Of a stretch of DNA of 64,000 bases, positions 9,342 through 19,063 are shown one piece after another. The translations under genes and the position numbers were made by a program. The notes beneath the pieces were generated by a model. That model saw only the letters and a program-made list of their open reading frames with translations, had not been told where the DNA came from and did not search any database. Numbering within the stretch: position 1 is the first letter of the stretch; the number at the start of each line of letters is the position of its first letter. The stretch lies in NCBI GenBank assembly GCA_037443565.1, contig JBBIOB010000001.1, positions 97,774-161,773 of the forward strand, read 5' to 3'. This DNA comes from Armatimonadota bacterium. Its GTDB lineage: Bacteria; Sysuimicrobiota; Sysuimicrobiia; Sysuimicrobiales; Humicultoraceae.

Positions 9342-10205
9342 ATGCTGCTGCGATTCTGCGTCATCAACGGCTATCCCGCGAAGAACCGTGAGGTGCTGCT
9401 CGAGGCCGGCCACTGCAGCGCCGACCAGATGTACCTCTGGGTGTTCCGGAAGCTCCATCCCGACGCCCGGCTCGACGTGCTCTACCTCGCCGACCTCGAG
9501 GTGCCGGTACCCGATGACCGGTGGATCGAGAGGTACGACGCCTTCCTGTGGACGGGGTCCAACCTGACGATCTACGAGGACGATCCCCGCGTGATCCGTC
9601 AGATCGAGTTCTGCCGGCGAATCTTCGAGATCGGCCGGCCGCAGTGGGGGAGCTGCTGGGGTGTGCAGATGGCCGCGGTGGCCGCCGGCGGCGAGGTGCG
9701 CAAGAACCCGCGCGGCCGCGAGATGGCCTTCGCCCGCAGGATCCACCTGACGCCCGAAGGCCGTGCCCACCCGATGTACGACGGCAAGCCCGACGTCTTC
9801 GATGGGTTCATCTCCCACCTCGACGAGGTCACGCGGATTCCTGACGGCGGCGTGCTGCTGGCCACCAACGACCACACGCGCGTGCAGGCGCTTGAGGTCA
9901 GGTACAGGAACGGGACCTACTGGGCCACGCAGTACCATCCTGAGTACGACCTGCATCAGATGACCCGGCTGATCGTGGCCCGGGGCGAGGCGCTGATCAA
10001 GGAAGGCTTCTTCGCCGACCGGGCCGCCCTGGAGCATCGCGTGGCGCGGATGGAGGCGCTCGAGCGGGATCCGTCGCGCAAGGACCTGCGATGGGACCTG
10101 GCTATCGGTGACGACCTGCTGGACGAGCGCATCCGCTGGGTCGAGCTGCGAAACTGGCTGGAGAAGCTGGTGATCCCTGCCGCGCGGCGGTTGGAGCGCG
10201 TCTGA
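9342..10205 (+). CDS. Class I glutamine amidotransferase-like protein (PuuD/peptidase C26-like)
   Basis: 288 aa from the ATG at 9342. Nucleophile elbow GSCWGVQ and a His near the C-terminus (YHPEYD). The remainder of the 780-aa six-frame ORF is antisense to the ALDH gene and was rejected. Confidence 0.65.
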   Translation: MLLRFCVINGYPAKNREVLLEAGHCSADQMYLWVFRKLHPDARLDVLYLADLEVPVPDDRWIERYDAFLWTGSNLTIYEDDPRVIRQIEFCRRIFEIGRPQWGSCWGVQMAAVAAGGEVRKNPRGREMAFARRIHLTPEGRAHPMYDGKPDVFDGFISHLDEVTRIPDGGVLLATNDHTRVQALEVRYRNGTYWATQYHPEYDLHQMTRLIVARGEALIKEGFFADRAALEHRVARMEALERDPSRKDLRWDLAIGDDLLDERIRWVELRNWLEKLVIPAARRLERV

Positions 10206-10216
10206 CGCCAGGCGTG

Positions 10217-11368
10217 CTAGTCGGCCGGCAGCAGGTGCAGGACCTCCGGAAGCTCGACCCACACCCGCCGACCCCGAGGTAGCACCGCCGCGCGGGGATC
10301 TGGCAGGTCCACCAGGAGCTGCGAGGCGCTCAGCCGCACCACGTAGCGCACGATGGTGCCAAAGTACTCCGCGTCCTCAACGATGCCCTCCAGGGCCGAG
10401 GCTGGCCCTGCGCGTCGCGCCCCTGCCGCGGGGCCGTCAGCCGGTGCGGGAGCATCGGCGTCACGAATCCGCACCGCTTCCGGCCGCACCACCGCCAGCA
10501 CCCGCTGGCCCGTCTGCCAGGCCCGCCCGGTCCCGTGGACGTGCGCTTCGCCGTCAGGCAGGCGCAGCCGCAGCGTGCCGTCATCGACGGTGATCACTTC
10601 CGCCGGCAGCATGTTGACCTGTCCGACGAACCGGGCCACGAAGGGATCGGCCGGCCGCAGGTAGATCTCCTGCGGGGTCCCCACCTGGACCAGGCGGCCG
10701 TCGTGCATGACGGCCATGCGGTCGGAAATGCTCATGGCTTCCTGCTGGTCGTGGGTTACGAAGACCATGGTCAGATCGAGCTCGTCCTTGAGCCGGCGGA
10801 TCTCGGACCGCATCGCGATGCGCAGGTTGGCATCGAGGTTCGAGAGCGGCTCGTCCAGGAGCAGCACCCTGGGCCGCAGGACCAGCGCCCGGGCCAGCGC
10901 CACCCGCTGCTGCTGCCCGCCGGAGAGCTGATGGGGCCGGCGGCCTTCCAGCCCTTCGAGGCGGACGAGCCGGAGCGCATCGGCGACCCGCGCGCGGATC
11001 TCAGACGCAGGCCGCCGTCGCACCGAGAGGCCGTAGGCGACGTTCTCGAACACCGTCATGTGCGGGAACAGCGCGTAGTTCTGGAACACCATCGCGGTGG
11101 GGCGAAGGTTCGGCGGGACGCGGGTGATGTCGCGGTCCTCCAGGAGCACCGTCCCCTCGTCCGGCGTAGCGAAGCCGGCGATCACCCGCAGCAGCGTCGT
11201 CTTCCCACAGCCGCTCGGACCGATGAACGACGCGAGCTCACCGGCGGCAACAGACGCGGTCAGGCCGTCCACGGCGACCGTGGGGCCGAAGCGCTTGGTG
11301 ATCCCGCGGAGCTCCAGCGCGGGGCCGGGCGACCTCGGAGTCCGGGAATCGGGCGCGGATGGTATCAC
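10217..11368 (-). CDS. ABC transporter ATP-binding protein (PotA/FbpC family)
   Basis: Walker A GPSGCGKTT, signature LSGGQQQRV, Walker B LLLDEP, H-loop VTHD, plus a C-terminal TOBE-like regulatory domain. Confidence 0.85.
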   Translation of the reverse strand: MIPSAPDSRTPRSPGPALELRGITKRFGPTVAVDGLTASVAAGELASFIGPSGCGKTTLLRVIAGFATPDEGTVLLEDRDITRVPPNLRPTAMVFQNYALFPHMTVFENVAYGLSVRRRPASEIRARVADALRLVRLEGLEGRRPHQLSGGQQQRVALARALVLRPRVLLLDEPLSNLDANLRIAMRSEIRRLKDELDLTMVFVTHDQQEAMSISDRMAVMHDGRLVQVGTPQEIYLRPADPFVARFVGQVNMLPAEVITVDDGTLRLRLPDGEAHVHGTGRAWQTGQRVLAVVRPEAVRIRDADAPAPADGPAAGARRAGPASALEGIVEDAEYFGTIVRYVVRLSASQLLVDLPDPRAAVLPRGRRVWVELPEVLHLLPAD

Positions 11369-11369
11369 C

Positions 11370-13070
11370 CTACATCCCCAGCGCCTGGTCCCCGAACCTT
11401 CGGGCCACCAGGCGGATGATCAAGGTGCACGCCAGGACGATGGCGATCAGGATCACCGAGAGCGCGGCCGCCAGCCCGTACTCGCCCTGCTCGGCCAGGC
11501 TCAGCACGTACACCGCGGCCAGCCGGGTGCCGGGCGCGATCAGGAAGATCAACGAGCTGATGGTGATCATGCTGCTCATGAAGGCGTAGAGCAGCCCCAC
11601 CAGAAAGGCCGAGCCCAGCAGCGGGGCCACCACGCGCACAAACGTGGTCACCGGCGTGGCCCCGGCGTCCAGCGAGGCCTCTTCCAGCGACCGGTCGATC
11701 TGCTGCAGCCGGCTGATGCCGGCCTGCACCGCGACGCCCACGTAGCGGGCGACCAGGCTGATGACCAGGATGGCGGTAGTCCCGGTGAGCAGCAGGGGCG
11801 GGTGGTTAAAGGCCAGGATGTAGCCGATCCCCACGACGGTACCCGGGACCATGAGGCCGAACAGGGTCAGAAACTCAAGCGCGCCCCGGGCCGGCACTGG
11901 TTTGCGCGCGACCAGGTAGGCCAGCACGATGCCCGGAATGGCCGCGGCGAATCCGGCGGCCAGGGAGACCCGGAGGCTCGTGGCCAGCGCCCGCCATCCC
12001 ACCGGGCTCTCGAAGTGCTCGAGCGTGAAGGTGTAGTCCAGGCCGAAGACCCTGGTGAACGCCGTGGCCACGACCACGCCGAACGTGGAGACGATGACCA
12101 GCACGACCGCGAGGGCCAGCAGCACCAGCGGGATCAGCACCGCGGCGGGGAGCGGCCGCTCTTCGGACGCGACGCCGATCCCGCCGATGGTGGTGTACGC
12201 GCGCTCCTGCAGCAGGTAGCGGTGCACCACGAAGACCAGGAGCGCGGGCACGATCAGGAAGACGCTGAGGACCGCCGCGAGTTCCAGCTTCTGCTGTCCG
12301 ACGACCAGCAGGTAGGACTCGGTGGCCAGGAACGGCAGGCCCCGGCCGATCATCATGGGATTGGCGAAGTCGGCCAGGCACATCACGAAGACCAGCAGCG
12401 CTCCCTTGAGCACCCCGGGCATCGCCAGGGGAAGGGTGATCGTGCGCATCACCGTCCACGCGCCGGCGCCCAGGTCGGCGGCCGCGTCCTCGAGGGGCCG
12501 CCCCCGGGCACTCAGCACGTTCTCGCACATCATGTAGCCGACCGGAAAGAAGGCGATGGCCTGCGCCAGGATAACGCCGGTCCAGCCGTAGATGCTGAAC
12601 TCGATGTCCAGCGTCCGGGCGATGAGGCCCCGCCGCCCGCCCAGGATGATCAGCGCCAGCGAAAAGATGAAGGGGGGCGCCAGCAGCGGCAGCAGCGCGA
12701 CCAGGCGCAGCAGGCCGGTCCAGGCCCCCCGCATCCGCGTGACCAGCAGGGCGCAGGCCAGCCCGCCCACCATGATGATCGCGGTGGCCGCAGACGAGGT
12801 GACGAGGCTGTTGCGCAGCGCCCGCAGGTAGTAGCTCTGGGAGAAGAACTCCTGAAAGTGCCGCAGCGTCAGCCCGTCAGGCGTGCCCCACCCGAGGCTG
12901 CGGGCCAGGACCGCGGCGATCGGGAGGAAGATGAACACCACGACCCCGACGACGAGCGCCGCGGTGACGCCCACCAGCGGCGGTTCTGTCAGGAACGCGC
13001 GCAGCTCCTGCCGCCAGGTGGGCGCAGGCGCCGTCGGGGGTCGGGCCGCCGCCTGGAAGAGGTCTGCCAC
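11370..13070 (-). CDS. ABC transporter permease, fused two-domain type (FbpB/PhnUV-like)
   Basis: 566 aa with two repeats of the permease core (about 12 TM helices, two EAA-like loops). It lies directly upstream of the ATPase with a 1-bp gap. Confidence 0.8.
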   Translation of the reverse strand: MADLFQAAARPPTAPAPTWRQELRAFLTEPPLVGVTAALVVGVVVFIFLPIAAVLARSLGWGTPDGLTLRHFQEFFSQSYYLRALRNSLVTSSAATAIIMVGGLACALLVTRMRGAWTGLLRLVALLPLLAPPFIFSLALIILGGRRGLIARTLDIEFSIYGWTGVILAQAIAFFPVGYMMCENVLSARGRPLEDAAADLGAGAWTVMRTITLPLAMPGVLKGALLVFVMCLADFANPMMIGRGLPFLATESYLLVVGQQKLELAAVLSVFLIVPALLVFVVHRYLLQERAYTTIGGIGVASEERPLPAAVLIPLVLLALAVVLVIVSTFGVVVATAFTRVFGLDYTFTLEHFESPVGWRALATSLRVSLAAGFAAAIPGIVLAYLVARKPVPARGALEFLTLFGLMVPGTVVGIGYILAFNHPPLLLTGTTAILVISLVARYVGVAVQAGISRLQQIDRSLEEASLDAGATPVTTFVRVVAPLLGSAFLVGLLYAFMSSMITISSLIFLIAPGTRLAAVYVLSLAEQGEYGLAAALSVILIAIVLACTLIIRLVARRFGDQALGM

Positions 13071-13091
13071 TGTCAGGTGGCGCGCAGCCCC

Positions 13092-14117
13092 CTACTGCGC
13101 GAACCGCTCCCTCCAGGTACGCATGATCCGGTCGCGGTTGTCACCGGCCCAGACCGCGTCGTACTTGATGAGGTTCGGCTGGAACGGCACCAGCGACTGG
13201 ACGCCCGGCCGCGTGACCTTCGAGCGCATCTTGCCGGCCATGGCCTGGCCCGCGGGGGTGCCCAGGAAGTGCACCAGCCGCTTGGCGGCGTCGAGGTTGC
13301 GCGCGCCCTTGAAGATCCACACCACGTCGAGATCGAAGCCGACGCCTTCTTCGGGGATGATGGCCTCGATCGGAAAGCCGCGGTCCTTGCGAACGAAGAC
13401 CGCCTGGTCCCAGGTGACGGCCATGGCGTACTCGCCGCGCGCGACCATCTCCGCCGGGGCCGAGCCCGAGCTGGTGTACTGGGCAACGTTGCGGTGCAGC
13501 GCGGCCAGGTACTGCCACCCCCGGGTCTCGCCCATGATCTGCAGCACCGAGCTCACGGCCAGGTAGGCCGTGCCCGAGGTGCCGGGGTTGGGCATGACGA
13601 TCTCCCCGCGGTACTGTGGCTTGACTAGATCCTGCCAGGTCTTCGGCATCGGCAGGTTCTTCCGCCGCATGAGGTCGGTGTTGACCGCGATGACGTTGAA
13701 CCAGTAGGACCAGCCGTGCCAGCGACCTTCGGGATCTCTGAACTCGGCCGGGATGGCTTCCCACGACGGCGCCTTGTAGCGCTCCAGGAAGTCTTCCTTG
13801 ACGGCGAGCAGCGCCGTGCTGTGCAGCATGCCAAACACGACGTCGGCCCCGAAGCGCGGCTTCTCGGCCTGGACCCGGGCCCACAGCTCACCCGAGGACA
13901 TCCGAACGATCTCCATCCGGATGCCGGTGAGCTCCTCAACCGTCTTGACGAAGAACTCGTTCTCGCGCTCGTCGTTGTGCGTGTAGACGCGCAGCACCGC
14001 CCGGGCCTGCGCGTCCACCGGCGCCGTCGGCGCCGCTCCGATGACGAACCCGGCCACCAGCGTCAGGGTGGCCAGGCCTGCAGTGATCGTCCGTCCGATT
14101 GCTCTCATCGCGGGCAT
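13092..14117 (-). CDS. Periplasmic substrate-binding protein (Fe3+/2-aminoethylphosphonate/polyamine SBP family)
   Basis: 341 aa, N-terminal signal peptide (TAGLATLTLVAGFVIGAA). SBP_bac_8-like sequence. First gene of the ABC operon. Confidence 0.75.
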   Translation of the reverse strand: MPAMRAIGRTITAGLATLTLVAGFVIGAAPTAPVDAQARAVLRVYTHNDERENEFFVKTVEELTGIRMEIVRMSSGELWARVQAEKPRFGADVVFGMLHSTALLAVKEDFLERYKAPSWEAIPAEFRDPEGRWHGWSYWFNVIAVNTDLMRRKNLPMPKTWQDLVKPQYRGEIVMPNPGTSGTAYLAVSSVLQIMGETRGWQYLAALHRNVAQYTSSGSAPAEMVARGEYAMAVTWDQAVFVRKDRGFPIEAIIPEEGVGFDLDVVWIFKGARNLDAAKRLVHFLGTPAGQAMAGKMRSKVTRPGVQSLVPFQPNLIKYDAVWAGDNRDRIMRTWRERFAQ

Positions 14118-14323
14118 CCTCCTCTGTGATTCGGATCAAGAGGCGGGGTTGTGCCGTCCCTCGCCTCGGCCCAGGATCAACTCGACGGCGATGTGTCTCG
14201 GAGCCACCTCCGAAGGTCCTCAGAGTCCTGCGGTGTGCCTACTCCATTATGGGTGCGGGCAGTTCACTCCTTCCGGCGCCCGGTGGGCCTGGGTGCGAGG
14301 GGGCGATCGACAGGGCCGGCAGT

Positions 14324-15223
14324 CTACGGCAGGAAGTGCGGCTGCGTCCACGCGACGCCGCCGTTGGACGAGTACACTCTTGCGCGGACGTAGCCCTCGT
14401 CGCCCCGCGGTCGATAAGCCGGATCCAGCCCGCCGACCGTGGCCAGGATCCCGCCGCCTGAGCCGATGAAGTGCGTCGTGTAGCGGTAATTGTGCTCAGG
14501 GGCGATGTGGACCACGATGGCGCCGTCGCGGAACTCGATCTCGCGCAGCGTGACTTCGGTCGACGCGTAGAAGTCGCCGCGCTCCAACGCCCCCAGGACG
14601 GCCGCCGCCGTCTTCTCGCGGGCACGGACGACGACCCAGGCTCCGCCCGGCAGAGAGCGGTGTCCCCAGCAGTCGCCGCGGAAGTGATGCGCGTCGTCGG
14701 CGGCCACCGCCCACACGCGCTGCCCTCTCTCGAGCAGCCGGTCCCACATCTCCTCGACGCCCGGCCGTCCGTCGCCGCCGAAGTTGTTGCTCTCGGTGCT
14801 CGTGTTGAGGATCTCGAGCAGATAGGCGCCGCGCACGGCGCGCATCTCGGCGTCGCCAAACGCCCACCGGTAGTTGGGGTGGTTGACCTGGGGGATGCCT
14901 CCAGCGGCGCGCGCGGCCTCGACCTCGCGCTGCAGCAGCAGCGAGACGGTCTCTTCCCTCGGGAGCTCCGACCGGGCGGCGCTGCCCAGTGAGTTCACGT
15001 GTACCGGCTTCCCCTCGGCGAACAGGCTGATCTCGCACCCCGGGATCAGCAGCAGCGAGTGGTCCGCGCGGTTCCACGCCGTCACGTCCGTCACGGCGTT
15101 GTGGTCGGTGATGGCGAGGAAGTCATAGCCGCGCGCCTGGTACCAGCCCGCGACCTCCTCCAGCGGCGCGTCGCCGTCAGAATTGTTGGTGTGCGCGTGC
15201 GTGTTACCCTTGAGCCACATCAT
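14324..15223 (-). CDS. PHP-domain metal-dependent phosphoesterase
   Basis: About 300 aa from the in-frame Met (MMWLKGNTHAHTNNSDGD...). HxH N-terminal motif and DHN, typical of the polymerase/histidinol-phosphatase (PHP) fold. The long N-terminal extension of the six-frame ORF was rejected (it overlaps the MFS gene). Confidence 0.6.
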   Translation of the reverse strand: MMWLKGNTHAHTNNSDGDAPLEEVAGWYQARGYDFLAITDHNAVTDVTAWNRADHSLLLIPGCEISLFAEGKPVHVNSLGSAARSELPREETVSLLLQREVEAARAAGGIPQVNHPNYRWAFGDAEMRAVRGAYLLEILNTSTESNNFGGDGRPGVEEMWDRLLERGQRVWAVAADDAHHFRGDCWGHRSLPGGAWVVVRAREKTAAAVLGALERGDFYASTEVTLREIEFRDGAIVVHIAPEHNYRYTTHFIGSGGGILATVGGLDPAYRPRGDEGYVRARVYSSNGGVAWTQPHFLP

Positions 15224-16475
15224 TGCGCCGCTCCTGTGGTGGGCGCGCTCGCAGAGGACCCAGCGCCGCGATCCCGGCCAGCGGGCCCAGGGCCAGCAGG
15301 CCAAACGCCCAGCCCCACTGGCCCGAAGCACTGAACCCCAGCGTCTTGCCCAGATCCATCGCCAGGCCGGCCACCGCGGGCGACGCCGCGGTGGCCGCCC
15401 ATCCGAACAGCATCTGGACCGCAAACGCCCCGCCCAAGGAGCGGGGAGGCACCACCTCCATCAGCGCGGCAGTGTACGATGGGGAATCTGCCAGGCTGAC
15501 GGTACCGTAGGCCAGGGCGACCGCTGCGGTGAGCGCGATCGGCGCAGCCACAAGCCATCCAAAGGCCAGCGAGCAGACCAGGCTTGCGGTCAGCATGACG
15601 GTTGCCGCCCGCGCCCGGCCCAGGCGGTCCGAGAGCCGGCCGCCGGCAATCGCGCCGGTCGCGCCTCCCAGGCCAACCGCGCCCGCGGCCAGCAGGCCTC
15701 CCCACGCCAACGCGGCGCCTTCAGGATGCCCGTGGGCCGCGAGCGAGGCGACCATGAACGGTGCGAGCCAGCCCCATAGGCCGAACAACTCCCAGTTGTG
15801 GCCGGTATAGGCCACGATGACCCGACGCGCCGGGACATTCTTCAAGACATCGCCGAGATACCGCGAGAGGGTGGGCGGGCCCGCGGTCGCGGCTGCCGTC
15901 ACGCTGGGGACCCTCCAGGCCATGACGAGGGCGCCCAGTAACTCGAGCACGCCGATCGCGGCCATCGTGGCCCGCCAGCCGATCTGCGGCGCAAGCACGC
16001 CGACATAGAACAGCGGGATGGCGTACGCGGCGACGATTGTGGCGATGTAGATCCCGGTGGCCGCTCCCCGTCCTGCCGCGGGAACGGTGTCGGCAATCTG
16101 CTTCAGTGCCGGAAGGTAGAGGCCGCCGATGAGCACACCGACGAGCAGGCGCAATGCCAGTCCGGAGGCGAAGTCGCGCGCCGCCAGGGCGAAGAGGAGG
16201 TCGCCGAGCCCCACCAGCGCGGCCGACACCACCATGATCGGCTTGCTCCGCATCCGGTCGAGCAGGAAGCCCACGACCACATACGCGGCCAGCGTCCCCA
16301 GCTGAAAAGCCCCCAGGATGATCCCGGCCTGGCTGCTGCTCAGGTGCCACTCGGGCCCGACGACTGGGATGAGCACGGAGAAGGTGAGCCCGGTCTGGTG
16401 GGCCAGGAACTGTCCGATACAGAGGGTTACGAAGCCGGCGGTCCAGCCCCTCCGGCCCGCGGCGGCGTCAGCCAT
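15204..16475 (-). CDS. MFS transporter
   Basis: About 424 aa from the internal Met (MADAAAG...), 12 predicted TM helices, MFS motif region LLDRMRSKP. Its stop overlaps the PHP gene start; its start overlaps the kinase-like gene by 8 bp. Confidence 0.7.
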   Translation of the reverse strand: MADAAAGRRGWTAGFVTLCIGQFLAHQTGLTFSVLIPVVGPEWHLSSSQAGIILGAFQLGTLAAYVVVGFLLDRMRSKPIMVVSAALVGLGDLLFALAARDFASGLALRLLVGVLIGGLYLPALKQIADTVPAAGRGAATGIYIATIVAAYAIPLFYVGVLAPQIGWRATMAAIGVLELLGALVMAWRVPSVTAAATAGPPTLSRYLGDVLKNVPARRVIVAYTGHNWELFGLWGWLAPFMVASLAAHGHPEGAALAWGGLLAAGAVGLGGATGAIAGGRLSDRLGRARAATVMLTASLVCSLAFGWLVAAPIALTAAVALAYGTVSLADSPSYTAALMEVVPPRSLGGAFAVQMLFGWAATAASPAVAGLAMDLGKTLGFSASGQWGWAFGLLALGPLAGIAALGPLRARPPQERRNDVAQG

Positions 16476-17376
16476 TCCCGACCTGCACCAGGTACGCTCC
16501 CAGCCGGGGATCGCCGAGCGCGTCCCGGCAGCGGGCGAAGTGTACCGCGGCGTGCCCCGCGAACTCCGGGAGGGCCGCCGCCAGGTGTTGCGCCACAACG
16601 TACCACATCGCCTCGCGGAGCTCGGCGACGATCTTGAGGAGCCTCAGCCGGGCGAACGCGGCATCCGAGATCTCGCCGAAGTAGGTCCGCAGCAGCGCCT
16701 CATCGGTCTCGTCAGACGGCGAATGGTGAATGGCAAAGTTGGCCAGGTCGAAGAAGACGTCCCCATTCCCGGCGTACTCCCAGTCCACGATCCACGCCCG
16801 GCGGCCGTCATCGATCAGGTTGGGCCCCCAGAGATCGTTGTGACAGGGCCGGTGGGACACGCGGTCTGGGCGCATCGCCGACTCGATGCTGGACAGGGAC
16901 CGGTAGAGAGCGTCGATGTCTTGCGGGAGCGGGGTGTCGAGCCGGCGGGAGACCTCGCGATAGCCCTCCAGCGTCCTGAACGGCGAGAAGGATGTCTCGA
17001 AGGCCGCGCCCTGGTGGCACCGCCGGATCGCCCGGATCACGCGCTCGACCACCTCCGGTCCCGGCGTCTCGCCGGGCGCCAAGTGCCGACCATGGATGAA
17101 CCGCATGACCGACACTCCCAGCTCGGGCAGGAAGCAGACCACTTCCGGGCCGACGCCGGCCTGCCCGGCGGCCAGCGCGCAGCGGTACTCCCGATGGCGG
17201 TCGACGCCCAGCAGGGCGGCGTCCGCCGCGCAGATCCGGACGACGTACGCCTCACCGTCGACGTCGACCCGACAGCTGTAGTTGGTGATCCCGCCGGCCA
17301 GGGGCGAGATCGTCACCGCCTGGGCGTGCTTCCACAGCGGAATGTGGCTCAGCGCCTCGTCGATGGTGAGCGGCAT
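16468..17376 (-). CDS. Choline/ethanolamine kinase-like phosphotransferase, paralog 2
   Basis: 302 aa. HNDLWGPNLI (Brenner motif) and IVDWEYAGNGD. Alignable over the full length with 5817..6719 (LPGGITNLNYRV vs LAGGITNYSCRV; EAYVVRI in both). Confidence 0.7.
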   Translation of the reverse strand: MPLTIDEALSHIPLWKHAQAVTISPLAGGITNYSCRVDVDGEAYVVRICAADAALLGVDRHREYRCALAAGQAGVGPEVVCFLPELGVSVMRFIHGRHLAPGETPGPEVVERVIRAIRRCHQGAAFETSFSPFRTLEGYREVSRRLDTPLPQDIDALYRSLSSIESAMRPDRVSHRPCHNDLWGPNLIDDGRRAWIVDWEYAGNGDVFFDLANFAIHHSPSDETDEALLRTYFGEISDAAFARLRLLKIVAELREAMWYVVAQHLAAALPEFAGHAAVHFARCRDALGDPRLGAYLVQVGNG

Positions 17377-17402
17377 CGGCCGGATCGGGGCCGCGTCCGG
17401 GT

Positions 17403-18188
17403 TTACGTCCCTGCCCGCCGCCGGAGGAACTCGGTCGACATGCCCAGGGCCACGGTGAGGACGATGAAGACGACCGAGATGGCGTTGATGGTGGGCGAGA
17501 GGCCGAGCCTCACCGTGGTGTAGATCTGAATCGGGAGCGTCGTGTCGTTCCCGATGAGGAAGAACGTGGTGTTGAAGTTGTCAAAAGAGAGCAGGAACGC
17601 GACGACGCACGCGGCCACGATGGCGGGACGCAGGTACGGCAGGGTGATGAGGAGCACGGCGCGCAGGGGCGTAGCCCCCAGATCCTGTGCCGCCTCTTCG
17701 AGCGAGCGGTCGAACTTCTGGAGGCGTGCCGAGGCGATGAGCAAGACGAACGACGCGATGAACGATGTCTGACCCAGCACCGCCGTCGGCAGACCGGCCC
17801 GCAGGCCCAGGCTGTCGAAGAAGATCAGCATCGATACCCCCAGGATGACGCCCGGGGTGACCAGCGGCGAGAGTACGAGGGCATAGAGGAGTCCTTTGCC
17901 GGGGAACCGGTACCGCACCAGCAGGAACGCGGTCGTCACACCCAGCGGAATCGAGAGGGCGACCACCGCCAGTCCGACGAGGACGCTGTTGCCCACCGCG
18001 CGGAGCAGCAGCGGGTCCTGGACGATCGCGGCGAACCACTGCAGGGTGAGCCCGCGCCAGGGGAACTGCGGCATGGCGCTGTCGTTGAAGGCGAGCGCGG
18101 CGACCACCGCCAGCGGCACATAGAGATACAGGAGGAAGATGCCCACGTAGAGCAGGGTGGTCACCCGGGCGAGCCACCGCGCCGTCAT
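17403..18188 (-). CDS. ABC permease (PotC/PotI-like)
   Basis: 262 aa from the ATG at 18188 (MTARWLARV...). Six TM helices and an EAA motif region (SLEEAAQDLGATPLR). Confidence 0.8.
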   Translation of the reverse strand: MTARWLARVTTLLYVGIFLLYLYVPLAVVAALAFNDSAMPQFPWRGLTLQWFAAIVQDPLLLRAVGNSVLVGLAVVALSIPLGVTTAFLLVRYRFPGKGLLYALVLSPLVTPGVILGVSMLIFFDSLGLRAGLPTAVLGQTSFIASFVLLIASARLQKFDRSLEEAAQDLGATPLRAVLLITLPYLRPAIVAACVVAFLLSFDNFNTTFFLIGNDTTLPIQIYTTVRLGLSPTINAISVVFIVLTVALGMSTEFLRRRAGT

Positions 18189-19063
18189 GGCGACTGGATC
18201 ACCCTGCGGACCGACAGGCCGAACAGCCGCAGGAGGCCGACCACGAAGAGCAGCGACAGGGCAAGCAGGATGAACGCGAACGCCGAACCGAGATTCCAGT
18301 TCAGCGCGTCGTAGAAGCGACGATAGATGAGCTCGACGAACCAGACCGCCCCGCGGCCCCCCAGGAACGAGGGGACGACAAAGGTCCCGACGCTCAACAT
18401 GAACACCATGATGCCGCCGGCGACCGCCCCGGGCACCACGTGCGGGAGGATGATATGGCGCAGCACCCGCAGGTGGCTGGCCCCCAGATCCTGCGCCGCC
18501 TCGATGAGCGAGGTGTCCAGGCTCTCCAGCACCGCGTACAACGGGAAGATCATGAACAGCATGTACGCGTAGGTCATCCCCAGGATGACCGTCCCATCGC
18601 GGTAGAGGTACGACACCGGCTCGCCGATAAGGCCCAGGGTCCCCAGGATCTGGTTGAACACGCCCTGCTCGGTCAGGATCAGCAGCCAGGCGTAGGTGCG
18701 GACGATCTCGTTGACCCAGAAGGGGATGAGGATGAGGATCAGCAGCCGCCGGCGCCACGACGTCGCGGCCACCTTGGCCAGAATGTACGCGATCGGAAAT
18801 GCGGCCACGAAGGACACCACGGTGACGGCCACGGCCGCGTACAGCGTCTTCACAAAGACTTTCCAGTACAACGGCGTGGTGAAGAAGGCGTGGTAATGGG
18901 TCAGCGTGTGCACGTCCACGGCCGTGCCGACCTGATCGTAGGGCAGCATGAAGCGCAGCGAGAGGTCCAGCATCTTGAGCTGGGGGATGACGAGCAGCAG
19001 GAGGACCCACAGGAGCGCGGGGATGCTGAGCACCGCCACCGCAGCTGCCGTCCGGCCGGACAT
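18185..19063 (-). CDS. ABC permease (PotB/PotH-like)
   Basis: 292 aa. EAA loop LIEAAQDLGASHLRV. 4-bp overlap with the downstream permease. Confidence 0.8.
   Translation of the reverse strand: MSGRTAAAVAVLSIPALLWVLLLLVIPQLKMLDLSLRFMLPYDQVGTAVDVHTLTHYHAFFTTPLYWKVFVKTLYAAVAVTVVSFVAAFPIAYILAKVAATSWRRRLLILILIPFWVNEIVRTYAWLLILTEQGVFNQILGTLGLIGEPVSYLYRDGTVILGMTYAYMLFMIFPLYAVLESLDTSLIEAAQDLGASHLRVLRHIILPHVVPGAVAGGIMVFMLSVGTFVVPSFLGGRGAVWFVELIYRRFYDALNWNLGSAFAFILLALSLLFVVGLLRLFGLSVRRVIQSP

Noticed and set aside
7863-10205. 780-aa ORF on the plus strand
   Set aside because: Its first about 490 codons are antisense to the well-supported aldehyde dehydrogenase gene. Only the C-terminal 288 codons (9342..10205) form the amidotransferase-like protein.
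11097-13628. 843-aa plus-strand ORF (also 19585..21456, 30809..32590, 40814..42913, 33206..33961 and many similar)
   Set aside because: All are antisense to or frame-shifted over confidently identified ABC-transporter, DMGDH or methyltransferase genes. They have extreme Arg/Gly/Pro/His composition and no motifs, so they are high-GC open-frame noise.
14118-14323. Possible riboswitch in the 206-nt leader of the Fbp/PhnS-type ABC operon
   Set aside because: Reverse-complement inspection showed no recognisable TPP, cobalamin, SAM or guanidine riboswitch cores. It is treated as an ordinary promoter and 5'-UTR region.
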